In this document: piece by piece, positions 1 through 9,965 of the stretch
How the letters are laid out: the number at the start of each line of letters is the position of its first letter
How positions within the stretch are numbered: the first letter of the stretch is position 1
Source: Henriciella sp.
GTDB lineage: Bacteria > Pseudomonadota > Alphaproteobacteria > Caulobacterales > Hyphomonadaceae
DNA length: 64,000 nucleotides
NCBI GenBank assembly: GCA_021776655.1
Contig: JAJFFK010000037.1
Location: 64,815-128,814 of the forward strand
Reading direction: 5' to 3'
Program-made: the position numbers and the translations under genes
Notes under the pieces: generated by a model
The model's input: only the letters and a program-made list of their open reading frames with translations
What the model was told of the DNA's origin: nothing
The model's database searches: none

Positions 1-2
1 AT

Positions 3-1193
3 TTCTCCAAAGCGCTATCTGAAAATCTGAACCTGGCGTTTGGTGCAGAGTGGCGTGAAGAAACCTACACTGTCGTCAGCGGCGAGCCGAACTCGTTCCT
101 CGGTGCGGGCTCGAATGGTTTGGGCGGATTTAGCCCTGCCGATTCCGGTAGTTTCTCGAGAGACAATTATGCGTTGTATGCGGATATGGAATACGACATT
201 TCGGACGCATGGCTGATCCAGGGTGCGGTGCGTTTTGAGGATTATTCAGACGTCGGCACGACAACAAACTACAAGTTTGCCACCCGCTACAACCTGACCG
301 ATAATATCGCGCTTCGCGGTGCGATTTCTACCGGTTTCCATGCACCTACGCCGGGTCAGTCAAATGTTCGTACCACGATCACGACATTTGATGGCGTGAC
401 GGGCTTGCAGGTCGAAGAAGGCCTCGTGCCGCCGACAAGCCCTGCAGCCCTTGCTGCCGGTGGTGCGCCGCTTAAGGAAGAGCAATCAGACAATCTGAGT
501 GCTGGTTTCACGGCTGGATTGTTCGGGAATACGACCCTGACTGTGGATGCTTACCAGATCAAGGTTGACGATAGAATCTATCGAACTGGCGATATTCCCG
601 TGCCGGGTAGCACGACAGGCGCGACTGTCTCGTTCTACACCAATGCTTTGGATGTCGAACACCAAGGGATCGATATCGTTCTGACATCTGCATTTGATTG
701 GTCAGGGGCAATGACGACAGACCTGACATTTGCTTACGGTTATAATGAGATCGAAGTGACTGGCCAAAGCCAGGTCATCACGCCGAGTGGCCCAGTGACG
801 CCGGTTAGCGCCAGCACAATTGAGGACATTGAGAACAATTATCCAAATTCAAGATTTGTTCTGACCGCCAATACCCAGATCCATGAGAAGTGGAATGTGC
901 TCGTGCGCGCCAACTATTATGGCAAGCACTTCGATGAGCGTGGTACAATTGGTGCGGCAACCAGCCCATCAGCTGAGATTGGTGCGACGACATATATCGA
1001 CCTGGAAGTTGGCTATCAGGTCAATGACAGGTTCCGCATCATTGCTGGCGGCTCAAATGTCTTTGACCAGTTCGTCGATGAGATTGGCCCACCAAATGCC
1101 AACCGCTTGAGTGTCGGTCTGCCTTTCGGGCGCCGCAGCGCGGCAAATTATGAAGGCGGCTCTTGGTACTTGAAAGGCGTTATGGAGTTTTGA
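3..1193 (+). CDS. TonB-dependent receptor, C-terminal part (5' end outside window)
   Basis: Frame is open from position 3. Beta-barrel-like strands, 'GAISTGFHAPT', 'GGSNVFD' and a C-terminal Phe. Confidence 0.9.
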   Translation, partial: FSKALSENLNLAFGAEWREETYTVVSGEPNSFLGAGSNGLGGFSPADSGSFSRDNYALYADMEYDISDAWLIQGAVRFEDYSDVGTTTNYKFATRYNLTDNIALRGAISTGFHAPTPGQSNVRTTITTFDGVTGLQVEEGLVPPTSPAALAAGGAPLKEEQSDNLSAGFTAGLFGNTTLTVDAYQIKVDDRIYRTGDIPVPGSTTGATVSFYTNALDVEHQGIDIVLTSAFDWSGAMTTDLTFAYGYNEIEVTGQSQVITPSGPVTPVSASTIEDIENNYPNSRFVLTANTQIHEKWNVLVRANYYGKHFDERGTIGAATSPSAEIGATTYIDLEVGYQVNDRFRIIAGGSNVFDQFVDEIGPPNANRLSVGLPFGRRSAANYEGGSWYLKGVMEF

Positions 1194-1225
1194 TCGAATC
1201 CCAATTGACTCCATAAGTTTGATTT

Positions 1226-1265
1226 GGTCAGCCCCATTCCTTGCGAACGGGGCTGACCTTTTTTT
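1226..1265 (+). terminator. Rho-independent terminator
   Basis: GGTCAGCCCC...GGGGCTGACC 10-bp stem followed by T7. Confidence 0.85.
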
Positions 1266-1297
1266 GGGCACGCTGCTTAAGTCGTTTGGAGATCGTG

Positions 1298-2584
1298 GTG
1301 ACTGAAAGCGAACAATCCACTGAGATTGCAATCATTGGCGCTGGAATTGCCGGGATTGCAGCCGCGTATTACCTCTGTTGCGAACACGCCATAAAGTCAG
1401 TTGTGCTGATCGATCGCGCCCAGCCGATGAGTTATACCAGCGCGCAATCTGGCGATAATTATCGCAACTGGTGGCCGCACCCGGTTATGGCGGAGTTCAC
1501 CGACCATAGTATCGATCTCATGGAAAAGATTGCGACGGACTCGTCGAACACAGCCAATATGAACCAACATGGCTATGTCTTGGCGACGCAAAGAGCTGAT
1601 ATCGAAGATCTGTTGTCCGGTCTTAGGTCAGACGATGAAGTCTTCAGTGGGCTTCAGTCTGTACGTGATGCGTTTCCGGATTTGAATCCAGATATCCAGA
1701 CGGTTGTCCGTATCAACAAGGCAGGCAGTTTTTCCAGTCAGCAGCTCGCACAATACATGCTGGAAAAAATTCGCAATCATGGGGGGCGGCTTTTACGTGG
1801 TGAGGTTGTCGGCATTGAGCACGACGGGGATTTCAAGATACGGCTTCGAAGGCCAGACGGTGAGAGCGTTCTGCAATCGAGCATATTGATCAATGCAGCC
1901 GGACCGTTCGCCAACGCGATTTCGAAGATGACCGGAACTGACTTGCCACTCAAAACCATATTTCAGCAAAAAGTCGCGTTTGAAGATACGCAGCAAGCCA
2001 TTCCCAGAAATATGCCATTCTGTATCGACCTTGACGAACGGACAATTGGTTGGAGCCAGGAAGAGCGCAGCATGCTTGAGGATGAGCCAGCCTATCGCTG
2101 GTTGACGGAAGCGACGCCGGCAAATGTGCATTGTCGTCCGGACGGTGGCCTGTCAGGGCGCTGGGTAAAACTCGGCTGGGCCTACAATCGTGAACCTAGC
2201 GACCCTCAGGTTGATCTTGCCAACGAGCCAAAACTGGATCGTCAGTTTTCAGAAATCGTCATTCGGCGGGCGGCGGAGTTCATTCCGGCATTGAGGGCAT
2301 ATGTTGAAACGCCGCCCGGCCGCAGCAGCCATTATGGCGGCTATTACACGATGACCGAGGAGAACTGGCCGCTTATTGGCCCAACAGATCTCCCCGGCCT
2401 TTTCATTCTTGGCGCGCTCTCTGGTTTTGGCAGCATGGCGGCCTGCGCCGCTGGTGAGATTTGCGCAAATTGGGTGACAAGTCGCGCGTTGCCGGACTAT
2501 GCAACCCAGCTAAGTCTCGCGCGCTATGACGATGCCGAAGCAATTGCCGATCTAAGAAACAGTCTCAATAAGGGTGTTCTATAA
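1298..2584 (+). CDS. FAD-dependent oxidoreductase, DAO/glycine-sarcosine oxidase-like
   Basis: GAGIAG dinucleotide motif, 'INAAGPFA', 'GGYYTMTEENWPLIG', 'LSGFG'. GTG start after GGAG. Confidence 0.85.
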   Translation: MTESEQSTEIAIIGAGIAGIAAAYYLCCEHAIKSVVLIDRAQPMSYTSAQSGDNYRNWWPHPVMAEFTDHSIDLMEKIATDSSNTANMNQHGYVLATQRADIEDLLSGLRSDDEVFSGLQSVRDAFPDLNPDIQTVVRINKAGSFSSQQLAQYMLEKIRNHGGRLLRGEVVGIEHDGDFKIRLRRPDGESVLQSSILINAAGPFANAISKMTGTDLPLKTIFQQKVAFEDTQQAIPRNMPFCIDLDERTIGWSQEERSMLEDEPAYRWLTEATPANVHCRPDGGLSGRWVKLGWAYNREPSDPQVDLANEPKLDRQFSEIVIRRAAEFIPALRAYVETPPGRSSHYGGYYTMTEENWPLIGPTDLPGLFILGALSGFGSMAACAAGEICANWVTSRALPDYATQLSLARYDDAEAIADLRNSLNKGVL

Positions 2585-2641
2585 CTACCGCCTGAGGGGA
2601 CCCGTCACATAAAAAACACATATGGTTGCCATCGCAACTGT

Positions 2642-2656
2642 ATTGGTATGTCCAAT
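2642..2656. promoter_or_regulatory. FadR/GntR-type operator (imperfect) beside a TTGACT -35-like box
   Basis: ATTGGTATGTCCAAT, one mismatch to the palindrome repeated across this region. Confidence 0.65.
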
Positions 2657-2719
2657 CTTGACTTGTTTCAGAAATTACCTCCTGTTCGTGAAAATACTTG
2701 ATTCAACCGGGAGAATTCA

Positions 2720-5020
2720 ATGACCAAAAGCCGTAAAAACCTATACATGATGGGCGCATCTTTAGCCGTACTTGGCTGTGTTGCTCTACCAGTTGCTGCG
2801 CAGGATACGGCGTCAGACACACAGACGGACGAGCTTCGCGTGGCAACAGTGACGGTCACGACACGCAAGGTTGAAGAGAATCTGCAAGACGCGCCACTGT
2901 CTATCACTGCTTTTGGGGTCGCCGAAATTGAAGCGGCGGGATTGACCAATATTGAAGACATCGCGCTGCTGACGCCGGGTCTAACGGTCGCGCCGCTGTT
3001 TGGCGGTGGTGCCAGTACTGTGGTTATTCGCGGCCAGTCAACGACGATTGGTGAACCGAATGTCGGCTTTTTCATCGATGGTGTTTATCAGTCCTCTCGC
3101 GCCGCTATGGATGCGCTACTCGCAGGTAATGTTGAGCGGGTGGAGATCGCCAAAGGACCACAGAGCGCCCTTTACGGCCGCAACACATTTGCCGGGGCCA
3201 TAAATTACATCACCAAAAAGCCTGCAAATGAGTTTGAGGCTGGCTTGCAGCTTACGGCCGGTGATTATGGTCTGCGGGAAATCCGCGCCAGCATCAGTTC
3301 ACCGATCATTGAAGACCAGCTCTATTTTCGCGGCGCGGTTTCACATTATGCGCGTGATGGCTATTTCGACAATGAGTTGACCGGCGAAGACCTCGATACC
3401 AAGGAAACCAATGTTGCGTCATTCTCACTTGAAGCAACTCCCTCACCAGACCTGAGTGTTGTGGCGCGCGCATCATATGAGAGCACTTCAGACGGCGATG
3501 ACCCGTTGCGGTTCCTGGTCAATAATGCGGCCCCGGCAAACCCGACCCCTGCACCGCTGCCACCGGCGCTGCAATTGTTCGCAGGTGAAATGCCAGGATT
3601 TGAAGATGGTTTCGCCGTGTCGCCGGGGGGATTTGACCGTGAAAACCTGTCTCTCTCGCTCGCCATCAACAAAGACTTCGCGAATGGTTTCACCGTGACA
3701 TCAATCACTGGCTATACCGATCTGCAGCTTGAGACCGACGTCGATAATGATTATGAGGCTCGATCGATCCGGTATTCCAGCAACCAGACAGATTTGACCG
3801 AGTTCAGCCAGGAATTGCGTTTGGCGTCCCCTGTTGATGATCGCTTTAGCTGGATGGTCGGCGGTTATTATTATGATCTGAGTTCTGACGCCGCAATTAC
3901 CGATACTTTCGTTGATGGTGCTTTTGCTCTCGCCACAGCTTTGGCTGGCTCACCGTTAGGTGGCTTGCTGCCGGGCGGTGCGATTACGACCAATGATGAG
4001 AGTACGAGCAGTTTTGCGCTGTTTGGGTCGGCCAGTTTCGATATCACTGAGCAGTTGACCGCGACGTTTGAAGGTCGCTGGACAACTGAGGAAAAGGATA
4101 TCATCGCGACGTTCCAGGATCCAATTTCCCTGGCCAGCTTGCCGGACTTTGCTCAGAAGGCAGAGTTCGACAATTTTGTGCCGAAGTTCACACTGGATTA
4201 CCACGTCAATGATGACATTCTGCTTTATGCGACCGCCGCTAAAGCGGTCAAAACGGGTGGATTCAACGTTGATGTCACTGGGTCTGGCTTACTACCGAGT
4301 GAGCGGACATTTGATCCGGAAAAAAGCTGGACTTATGAGGCAGGATTCAAGTCGACACTGGCGAATGGCCGGATGACCTTGAATGGTGCAGTCTATCAAA
4401 TTGAGTGGACCGATCAGATTGTCCGCGCCTTAGGTGGCTCGTTCGCCGTGCTGAATGCCAATGCGGGCGAATCTACGGTCACAGGTCTTGAGCTGGACAT
4501 GAAGGCACGCCTTGCCGAGGGGCTCGATCTGACGGCAGGCTACGCCTACACTGATAGCTCGTATGACACGTACACATTTGGCGCTCTGGCCGGGCTTGGT
4601 CTTGACCCGGTTCTGGATGGCACGCGTCTGCAATATGTTTCCGAAAATCAGTTCAACGCGTCCCTGCAATATAAAGCACCGGTATATGGGGACTGGGCCG
4701 TCATGGTGCGCGGCGATTATGCGTACTATTCCGATCAGAGCACGGTTCAAACCGCCGATGCATTCGTTGGTGATACATCCTTGTTCAATGGCCGAATTGG
4801 TATCGAGAGTGATAGCATGTCGATCATGTTCTGGGGTCGTAACCTGTTCGATGAAGACACCGCAGTAACCGGTGTGTTCTTTCCCAACCAGGCAACCCGG
4901 TTTGATACAGCCAATGGGTTGGCTAGCCCGGCACCAGTGGTTGGCTTCCAGGCCTTTGGCGGGCTTGTCACATCCCGCGATCCGCGTTCATGGGGTGTTA
5001 CGGTAAGCAAATCGTTCTAA
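2720..5020 (+). CDS. TonB-dependent receptor
   Basis: Signal peptide, TonB box 'TVTVTTRK', plug motif 'VERVEIAKGPQSALYGRN', terminal Phe. Confidence 0.95.
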   Translation: MTKSRKNLYMMGASLAVLGCVALPVAAQDTASDTQTDELRVATVTVTTRKVEENLQDAPLSITAFGVAEIEAAGLTNIEDIALLTPGLTVAPLFGGGASTVVIRGQSTTIGEPNVGFFIDGVYQSSRAAMDALLAGNVERVEIAKGPQSALYGRNTFAGAINYITKKPANEFEAGLQLTAGDYGLREIRASISSPIIEDQLYFRGAVSHYARDGYFDNELTGEDLDTKETNVASFSLEATPSPDLSVVARASYESTSDGDDPLRFLVNNAAPANPTPAPLPPALQLFAGEMPGFEDGFAVSPGGFDRENLSLSLAINKDFANGFTVTSITGYTDLQLETDVDNDYEARSIRYSSNQTDLTEFSQELRLASPVDDRFSWMVGGYYYDLSSDAAITDTFVDGAFALATALAGSPLGGLLPGGAITTNDESTSSFALFGSASFDITEQLTATFEGRWTTEEKDIIATFQDPISLASLPDFAQKAEFDNFVPKFTLDYHVNDDILLYATAAKAVKTGGFNVDVTGSGLLPSERTFDPEKSWTYEAGFKSTLANGRMTLNGAVYQIEWTDQIVRALGGSFAVLNANAGESTVTGLELDMKARLAEGLDLTAGYAYTDSSYDTYTFGALAGLGLDPVLDGTRLQYVSENQFNASLQYKAPVYGDWAVMVRGDYAYYSDQSTVQTADAFVGDTSLFNGRIGIESDSMSIMFWGRNLFDEDTAVTGVFFPNQATRFDTANGLASPAPVVGFQAFGGLVTSRDPRSWGVTVSKSF

Positions 5021-5053
5021 ACTAAGCTACGAAGCCGGTTGGAGAAGTATGGC

Positions 5054-5527
5054 ATGATTAAACGTACGTTTCTGACCGGCCAGTTGCCTGTCCTGCTTGG
5101 TGCCAGCTTGCTGCCCGTCCTGCTTGGTGCATGTGCGCTTGCACCGGCGCAGATTGTCCATACCAATTCTGATGAAATTGCCCAGTTAGGTCCGTATACT
5201 CATGCTGTTGAGGCAGGCGGTCTGGTCTTCATTTCCGGAATGATTGCGCATGATAAAGAGACCGGTTTCGCCGACGCTGAAATCGCCCCCCAGACGCATC
5301 AAGTGTTTGCCAATTTGGCCTCCGCTTTGCGAGCTGTCGGATTGACGCTGGATGATGTGGTGAAAACCACTGTCTACCTGAAGAACCCTGGCGATTTTTC
5401 TGCAATGAACGAGGTCTATGCAGGCTATTTTCCGGTCGACCCACCGGCGCGAACCAGTGTGCCGGGGGTCGCTTGGGGGCGGGATGATATTCTCGTCGAG
5501 ATTGAGGCTGTTGCGGTCCGCCGTTAA
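5054..5527 (+). CDS. RidA/YjgF family protein with lipoprotein-type signal peptide
   Basis: 'GPYTHAV', 'FISG', 'VVKTTVYL', 'MNEVYAGYF', 'PARTSV', 'VEIEAVA'. N-terminal lipobox LGAC. Confidence 0.9.
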   Translation: MIKRTFLTGQLPVLLGASLLPVLLGACALAPAQIVHTNSDEIAQLGPYTHAVEAGGLVFISGMIAHDKETGFADAEIAPQTHQVFANLASALRAVGLTLDDVVKTTVYLKNPGDFSAMNEVYAGYFPVDPPARTSVPGVAWGRDDILVEIEAVAVRR

Positions 5528-5558
5528 GCTGCGATTTAGATCAATACAGGGGATAAGC

Positions 5559-6128
5559 ATGTATCGAAGAGACTTTCTGTTTGCGGCGTCTGGAACGGCG
5601 TTAGGAGCGGTAGTAACCACGCCGCTTTGGCTCAGGCGGGCGAACGCTTCAAGTCGAGGTTCAGGCGATTATGACCAGCGCCTGCAAGCGCTTGGGATTG
5701 AGCTTCCTGAGCCACCGGCACCGGTGGCAACATATACCGCTTGGCGCAAGGCGGGAAATTTACTGTTCATTGCAGGGCAGGGGCCGGCATTGATTGAGGG
5801 CAGCCCGTCATTCGGGACACTGGGCCTGGATCTTGAAATTGACGCTGGTTATGCCGCCGCACGCGGTGCGGGCCTGAACGTGTTGGCACAGCTGCGCCAA
5901 GGCTGCGGCGGGTCACTGGATCAGGTTATGCAATGCTTGCAAATCACCGGCTATGTAAACTCAGCCGATGCGTTCAAACACCAGCCGCAAGTCATCAATG
6001 GCGCGAGTGACCTGTTCGTTGAAGTCTTTGGCGATGCCGGCAGAGCGGCACGTGCGGCAGTTGGTGTGAACACGCTGCCGTTCAATGTTGCGGTTGAGGT
6101 TGAAAGCGTGTGGGAAATCGCAACCTAG
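5559..6128 (+). CDS. Rid (YjgF-like) protein with Tat signal
   Basis: 'RRDFL' Tat motif, then 'LGIELPEPPAPVATY', 'VINGASDLFVEVFG', 'ARAAVGV', 'LPFNVAVEVE'. Confidence 0.88.
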   Translation: MYRRDFLFAASGTALGAVVTTPLWLRRANASSRGSGDYDQRLQALGIELPEPPAPVATYTAWRKAGNLLFIAGQGPALIEGSPSFGTLGLDLEIDAGYAAARGAGLNVLAQLRQGCGGSLDQVMQCLQITGYVNSADAFKHQPQVINGASDLFVEVFGDAGRAARAAVGVNTLPFNVAVEVESVWEIAT

Positions 6129-6198
6129 GTTTCCCAGCTTCCGTTTCGCTAGGAAACGTGTCGCTACGCCTGATAATAAAGAGATTTGACGGGGCAGT

Positions 6199-6217
6199 AA
6201 ATTGGTCGTACCAATTT
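6199..6217. promoter_or_regulatory. FadR/GntR operator (autoregulatory)
   Basis: Perfect palindrome AAATTGGT-CGT-ACCAATTT between TTGACG (6186) and the regulator start. Confidence 0.85.
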
Positions 6218-6237
6218 TACAAGAGGAAGATCAAACC

Positions 6238-6978
6238 ATGGCAGACGATAGTCAAAGTAAAAGCGCAGCCTCGCAACCGAAGATTTTTGCAGATCGCTCA
6301 GGTGTGCCGGCGCTAATTGCCAACCACATCATTGAGAAAATTGGCGAAGGTGTCTGGAAACCCGGCGACAAATTGCCGACGGAACGTCAGTTGGCAGCCG
6401 AAATGGGGGTGAGCAGACCCTCCTTGCGTGAAGCTCTCCGGGCGCTTGAAATCCTTGGCCTGCTTCGAATGCGGCAAGGCAGCGGCGTGTTCGTCTCCAC
6501 GCTTGGCTCTGAAGACATGCTGATCCCGCTACATCTGTTTATCAGTCTTGAGCCGGGTAGCGTCGATGCATTGTTCGAGGCCCGGATCGCGCTGGAATCG
6601 CAAGTCGTTGCACTGGCAGCCGCCAAGATCACCGACGCGCAATTGGCGCAGTTGCATGAGACAGTGATCGAGCCACCTGAGTCAGAAAAGGATATTGCCC
6701 GGTTCATTGATGCCGATCTGGCCTTCCATCGCCTGATTACAGACGTGGCGGACAGTGTTTTCCTCGGGCGCATGATCAAGAGTATTGAATATCTTGGTCA
6801 GGCCAGCCGTCAGATCACAGGCTTCGTGCCCGGCGTGATGCAGCAAAGTGCGATTGATCACCGTCAAATCCTCGATGGCTTGGCGGCGCGAGACCCCGCC
6901 AAGGCGCGTGATGCGATGACCAGACATCTGCTGAACGTGCGTGAGGCCTATCGCGAGCAACTAGACCCCGACGCCTAA
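6238..6978 (+). CDS. GntR family (FadR subfamily, FCD domain) transcriptional regulator
   Basis: wHTH 'GDKLPTERQLAAEMGVSRPSLREAL' and FCD 'DADLAFHRLI...DHRQI...AMTRHL'. Confidence 0.95.
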   Translation: MADDSQSKSAASQPKIFADRSGVPALIANHIIEKIGEGVWKPGDKLPTERQLAAEMGVSRPSLREALRALEILGLLRMRQGSGVFVSTLGSEDMLIPLHLFISLEPGSVDALFEARIALESQVVALAAAKITDAQLAQLHETVIEPPESEKDIARFIDADLAFHRLITDVADSVFLGRMIKSIEYLGQASRQITGFVPGVMQQSAIDHRQILDGLAARDPAKARDAMTRHLLNVREAYREQLDPDA

Positions 6979-7000
6979 CCGGATTTGCACAGGACAGATT

Positions 7001-8206
7001 ATGAGCACTGGGAGACAAGCCCCACGGATTGCGGATATTCGCGCCTTCGTCATCGACTCAAAAGGTCGGGGCGGCGATTATCATGATCGCGAAAGCGGGC
7101 ATTGGTTAGTCGATGGTGACATTGCCACGCCGATGTCAGGATATGTTGAGTATCGCCATTCACGGACCGCCTGGGGCATTGCTGTACTCGGCTCGATCCT
7201 GGTTGAGGTTGAGCTCGATGATGGCACAGTCGGCGTATCGACCGGGCTAGGCGGTGAGCCGGCTTGTTTCCTGATCGATAAGCATTTCAAACGGTTTGTT
7301 GTTGGCGCGGACTGCCGCAATATCAGTCTGATCTGGGATCAGATGTACCGCGCATCGCTGCCATATGGGCGCAAAGGATTAGCGCCTGCTGCGATTAGCG
7401 TGGTTGATTTGGCGCTGTGGGATACGCTCGGGCGGTGGCGTGGTGAGCCGGTCTACGACATGATTGGCGGTAAAACCAAAGAGCGTATTCCGGCCTATAT
7501 GACTGGGGTGAGGCCGGACGTCGCGCGCGAGCTTGGCTTCTGGGGCGCGAAAGTGCCACTACCGGTTGGACCTGCGCAAGGCCCCGCTGGCATGGCTCGT
7601 AATCTTGAGGCGCTTACGAAATACCGCGAGATGGCGGGCGAGGGTTTCCCGCTAATGGTGGATTGCTACATGTCGCTGGATGTTCCCTATGCGGTTGAAT
7701 TGGCGACGCGATGCCGGGCAGCGGGACTGGATATCCACTGGTTCGAAGAATGCCTGAACCCGGATGATGTTGACGGGCATCGCTTGTTGAAAGAGCGGGC
7801 GCCGACTGAGCGCTGGACCACGGGCGAGCATGAGTACACTCGCTACGGCTTCCGTGAGCTGCTGCGCCATCGCGCTGTGGATATTATTCAGCCTGATGTG
7901 ATGTGGGTTGGCGGATTGACCGAATTGCTGCGCGTGTCGGCGATGGCGGCGGCCTATGATGTGCCGGTTATTCCGCATGGATCAGGCAATTACAGCTACC
8001 ATTTCGTGATCTCGCAACCGCACTCGCCATTTGTCGAATACCTCAATACCAGCCCGCAATCCGATCAGGTCAATCCGGTGTTTGGCGGCCTGTTCGAGAA
8101 TGAAGCGACGCCGGTGAACGGCAAGGTTCAACTTGATGATGCACCCGGGTTTGGACTGGCGCTTGATCGATCAGCGGCCAATCTGATCCGGCCGTATGGA
8201 GACTGA
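7001..8206 (+). CDS. rhmD: L-rhamnonate dehydratase (enolase superfamily, LRA3)
   Basis: 'GGDYHD..GHW...IATPMS.Y.EY..SR..WGI.VLG', 'MVDCYMSL', 'WFEE', 'TTGEHEYT', 'IPHGS' match the RhmD/YfaW family. Confidence 0.9.
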   Translation: MSTGRQAPRIADIRAFVIDSKGRGGDYHDRESGHWLVDGDIATPMSGYVEYRHSRTAWGIAVLGSILVEVELDDGTVGVSTGLGGEPACFLIDKHFKRFVVGADCRNISLIWDQMYRASLPYGRKGLAPAAISVVDLALWDTLGRWRGEPVYDMIGGKTKERIPAYMTGVRPDVARELGFWGAKVPLPVGPAQGPAGMARNLEALTKYREMAGEGFPLMVDCYMSLDVPYAVELATRCRAAGLDIHWFEECLNPDDVDGHRLLKERAPTERWTTGEHEYTRYGFRELLRHRAVDIIQPDVMWVGGLTELLRVSAMAAAYDVPVIPHGSGNYSYHFVISQPHSPFVEYLNTSPQSDQVNPVFGGLFENEATPVNGKVQLDDAPGFGLALDRSAANLIRPYGD

Positions 8207-8207
8207 G

Positions 8208-8963
8208 ATGGCGACGCAATTTGATCTCAAGGGGCGGCGCGCAATTGTGACCGGGGGCGCGCGCGGGATTGGCCGGGCAACCGCAGAGCTGTTCCTGAAA
8301 TCGGGCGCGTCGGTTGCAATTTGGGATATTGACGGCGCAGCGGGGCAGGCGGCGGCGAGTGAGCTTTCTAGCCTCGGTAAGGCCGTCTATGTGGCCGTCG
8401 ATCAGGCTGATCTGGCCTCGGTTCGACGTGCGCGTGACAAGACGCTAGAAGGGCTCGGCGGGGTCGATGTTTTGGTCAATAATGCCGGTATTGCCGGGTC
8501 GAATGCAGCTGTGGCTGATTATGATCCGGCTGAATGGGCGCAGATTATCAATATCAATCTTGTTGGCGCGTTCCATTGTTGCCAAGTGATCGCGCCGGAT
8601 CTGGTCAAGAATGGTTGGGGCCGGATTGCCAATGTCGCATCAGTGGCGGGCAAGGAGGGCAACCCCAATGCCTCGGCCTATTCAGCTTCCAAGGCGGGGG
8701 TGATCGCGCTGACCAAATCGCTCGGCAAAGAACTGGCAGGCACCAATGTCACTGCCAATTGCCTGACGCCTGCAGCGGCGCGTACCGAGATATTCGACCA
8801 GATGAGTGACGAGCATATCGCCTACATGTTGTCCAAAATTCCAATGGCGCGGTTCGGGACGGTTGAGGAAAATGCCGCGATGATCGCCTGGATGTGCTCG
8901 CCAGAAGCCAGCTTTACGACCGGGGCCGTGTTCGACACGACCGGCGGCCGATCAACCTATTAA
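8208..8963 (+). CDS. SDR, probable 2-keto-3-deoxy-L-rhamnonate 4-dehydrogenase (LRA5-like)
   Basis: TGGARGIG, NNAG, 'ASVAGKEGNPNASAYSASK', 'YMLSKIPM', 'FDTTGGRSTY'. Follows rhmD. Confidence 0.85.
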   Translation: MATQFDLKGRRAIVTGGARGIGRATAELFLKSGASVAIWDIDGAAGQAAASELSSLGKAVYVAVDQADLASVRRARDKTLEGLGGVDVLVNNAGIAGSNAAVADYDPAEWAQIININLVGAFHCCQVIAPDLVKNGWGRIANVASVAGKEGNPNASAYSASKAGVIALTKSLGKELAGTNVTANCLTPAAARTEIFDQMSDEHIAYMLSKIPMARFGTVEENAAMIAWMCSPEASFTTGAVFDTTGGRSTY

Positions 8964-8978
8964 ACGAAAGCATTGCTG

Positions 8979-9827
8979 ATGAAACTCGTTCGGTTTGGCT
9001 CGGTTGGAAAAGAACGCCCTGGTGCAGTGGATGAGGCTGGCTGTGTGCGGGATCTGTCAGTGCATGTTAGAGATATTGCCGGTGATGTCCTGTCACACGA
9101 CGGATTGAAGAAATTGAACGAAATCGATCTGAGCAGCTTGCCAATCGTGGCGGCGGATGAGCGCCTTGGTGCGCCGGTTAGCGGCGTTGGAAAGCTTGTT
9201 TGCGTTGGCTTGAATTTTTCCGATCATGCGGAAGAGTCCGGCATGGCGATCCCTACCGAGCCGATCCTGTTCATGAAGGCGACTAGCGCAATTTGCGGTC
9301 CAAATGACGATGTGATCCTGCCGCCAAAAACAGAAATGGTGGATTGGGAGGTCGAGCTAGGCGTGGTGATCGGGACACGGGCAAAGAATGTCGATACGCG
9401 AACCGCCCTGGACCACGCCGCCGGTTATGTGATCATCAATGACGTTTCTGAACGGGCCTGGCAAATGGCGCGCAACGGACAGTGGATGAAGGGCAAATGC
9501 GCCGATACGTTTGCCCCGATCGGGCCTTGGCTTGTAACCAGCGACGAGGTTCCAAATCCGCAATCTCTGAAGATGAAACTCGACCTGAATGGTAAGTCCA
9601 TGCAGGACGGGAGCTCGACCACGATGATATTCTCGGTTGCCAAACTGATCGCTTATATCAGTGAGTTCATGACCTTGTTGCCCGGTGACATTATTTCCAC
9701 CGGTACACCGCCAGGTGTCGGTCTGGGCCAGAAACCACCATTCTACTTGCGCGATGGTGATGTCATGGAGCTGTCGATTGAGAGGCTCGGTCAGCAGCGT
9801 CAAACGGCGGTAAATGCAGGCAAGTAG
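8979..9827 (+). CDS. FAH-family hydrolase, probable 2,4-diketo-3-deoxy-L-rhamnonate hydrolase (LRA6-like)
   Basis: 'VCVGLNF', 'VDWEVELGVVIG', 'NDVSER', 'GKCADTFAPIGP', 'ISTGTPPGVG'. Confidence 0.88.
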   Translation: MKLVRFGSVGKERPGAVDEAGCVRDLSVHVRDIAGDVLSHDGLKKLNEIDLSSLPIVAADERLGAPVSGVGKLVCVGLNFSDHAEESGMAIPTEPILFMKATSAICGPNDDVILPPKTEMVDWEVELGVVIGTRAKNVDTRTALDHAAGYVIINDVSERAWQMARNGQWMKGKCADTFAPIGPWLVTSDEVPNPQSLKMKLDLNGKSMQDGSSTTMIFSVAKLIAYISEFMTLLPGDIISTGTPPGVGLGQKPPFYLRDGDVMELSIERLGQQRQTAVNAGK

Positions 9828-9879
9828 CCTCGAACATGTCACAGCCAGCAAATATTTGATGCTCCTGACGGGATCATTC

Positions 9880-9921
9880 TTGACATTCTCTCATTTTGGT
9901 AAGACCAATAGGTCTGACCAA
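9880..9921 (+). promoter_or_regulatory. Sigma70-type -35 (TTGACA) with tandem FadR/GntR operators
   Basis: TTGACA 9880-9885, TTGGTAAGACCAA 9896-9908, TAGGTCTGACCAA 9909-9921. Confidence 0.8.
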
Positions 9922-9965
9922 TTAGATGCTGCGCAAATATCAGCATCGATAAACGGGAGGAAGTC

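Noticed and set aside
6129..6157. Hairpin GTTTCCCAGC...GCTAGGAAAC after the Rid genes
   Set aside because: Imperfect stem with no T tract; too weak to call a terminator.
6202..6237. Upstream TTG start of the GntR regulator (and similarly 15627 for the AKR)
   Set aside because: The 6202 start lies inside the operator and the 15627 extension runs through one. Downstream ATGs have SD sequences.
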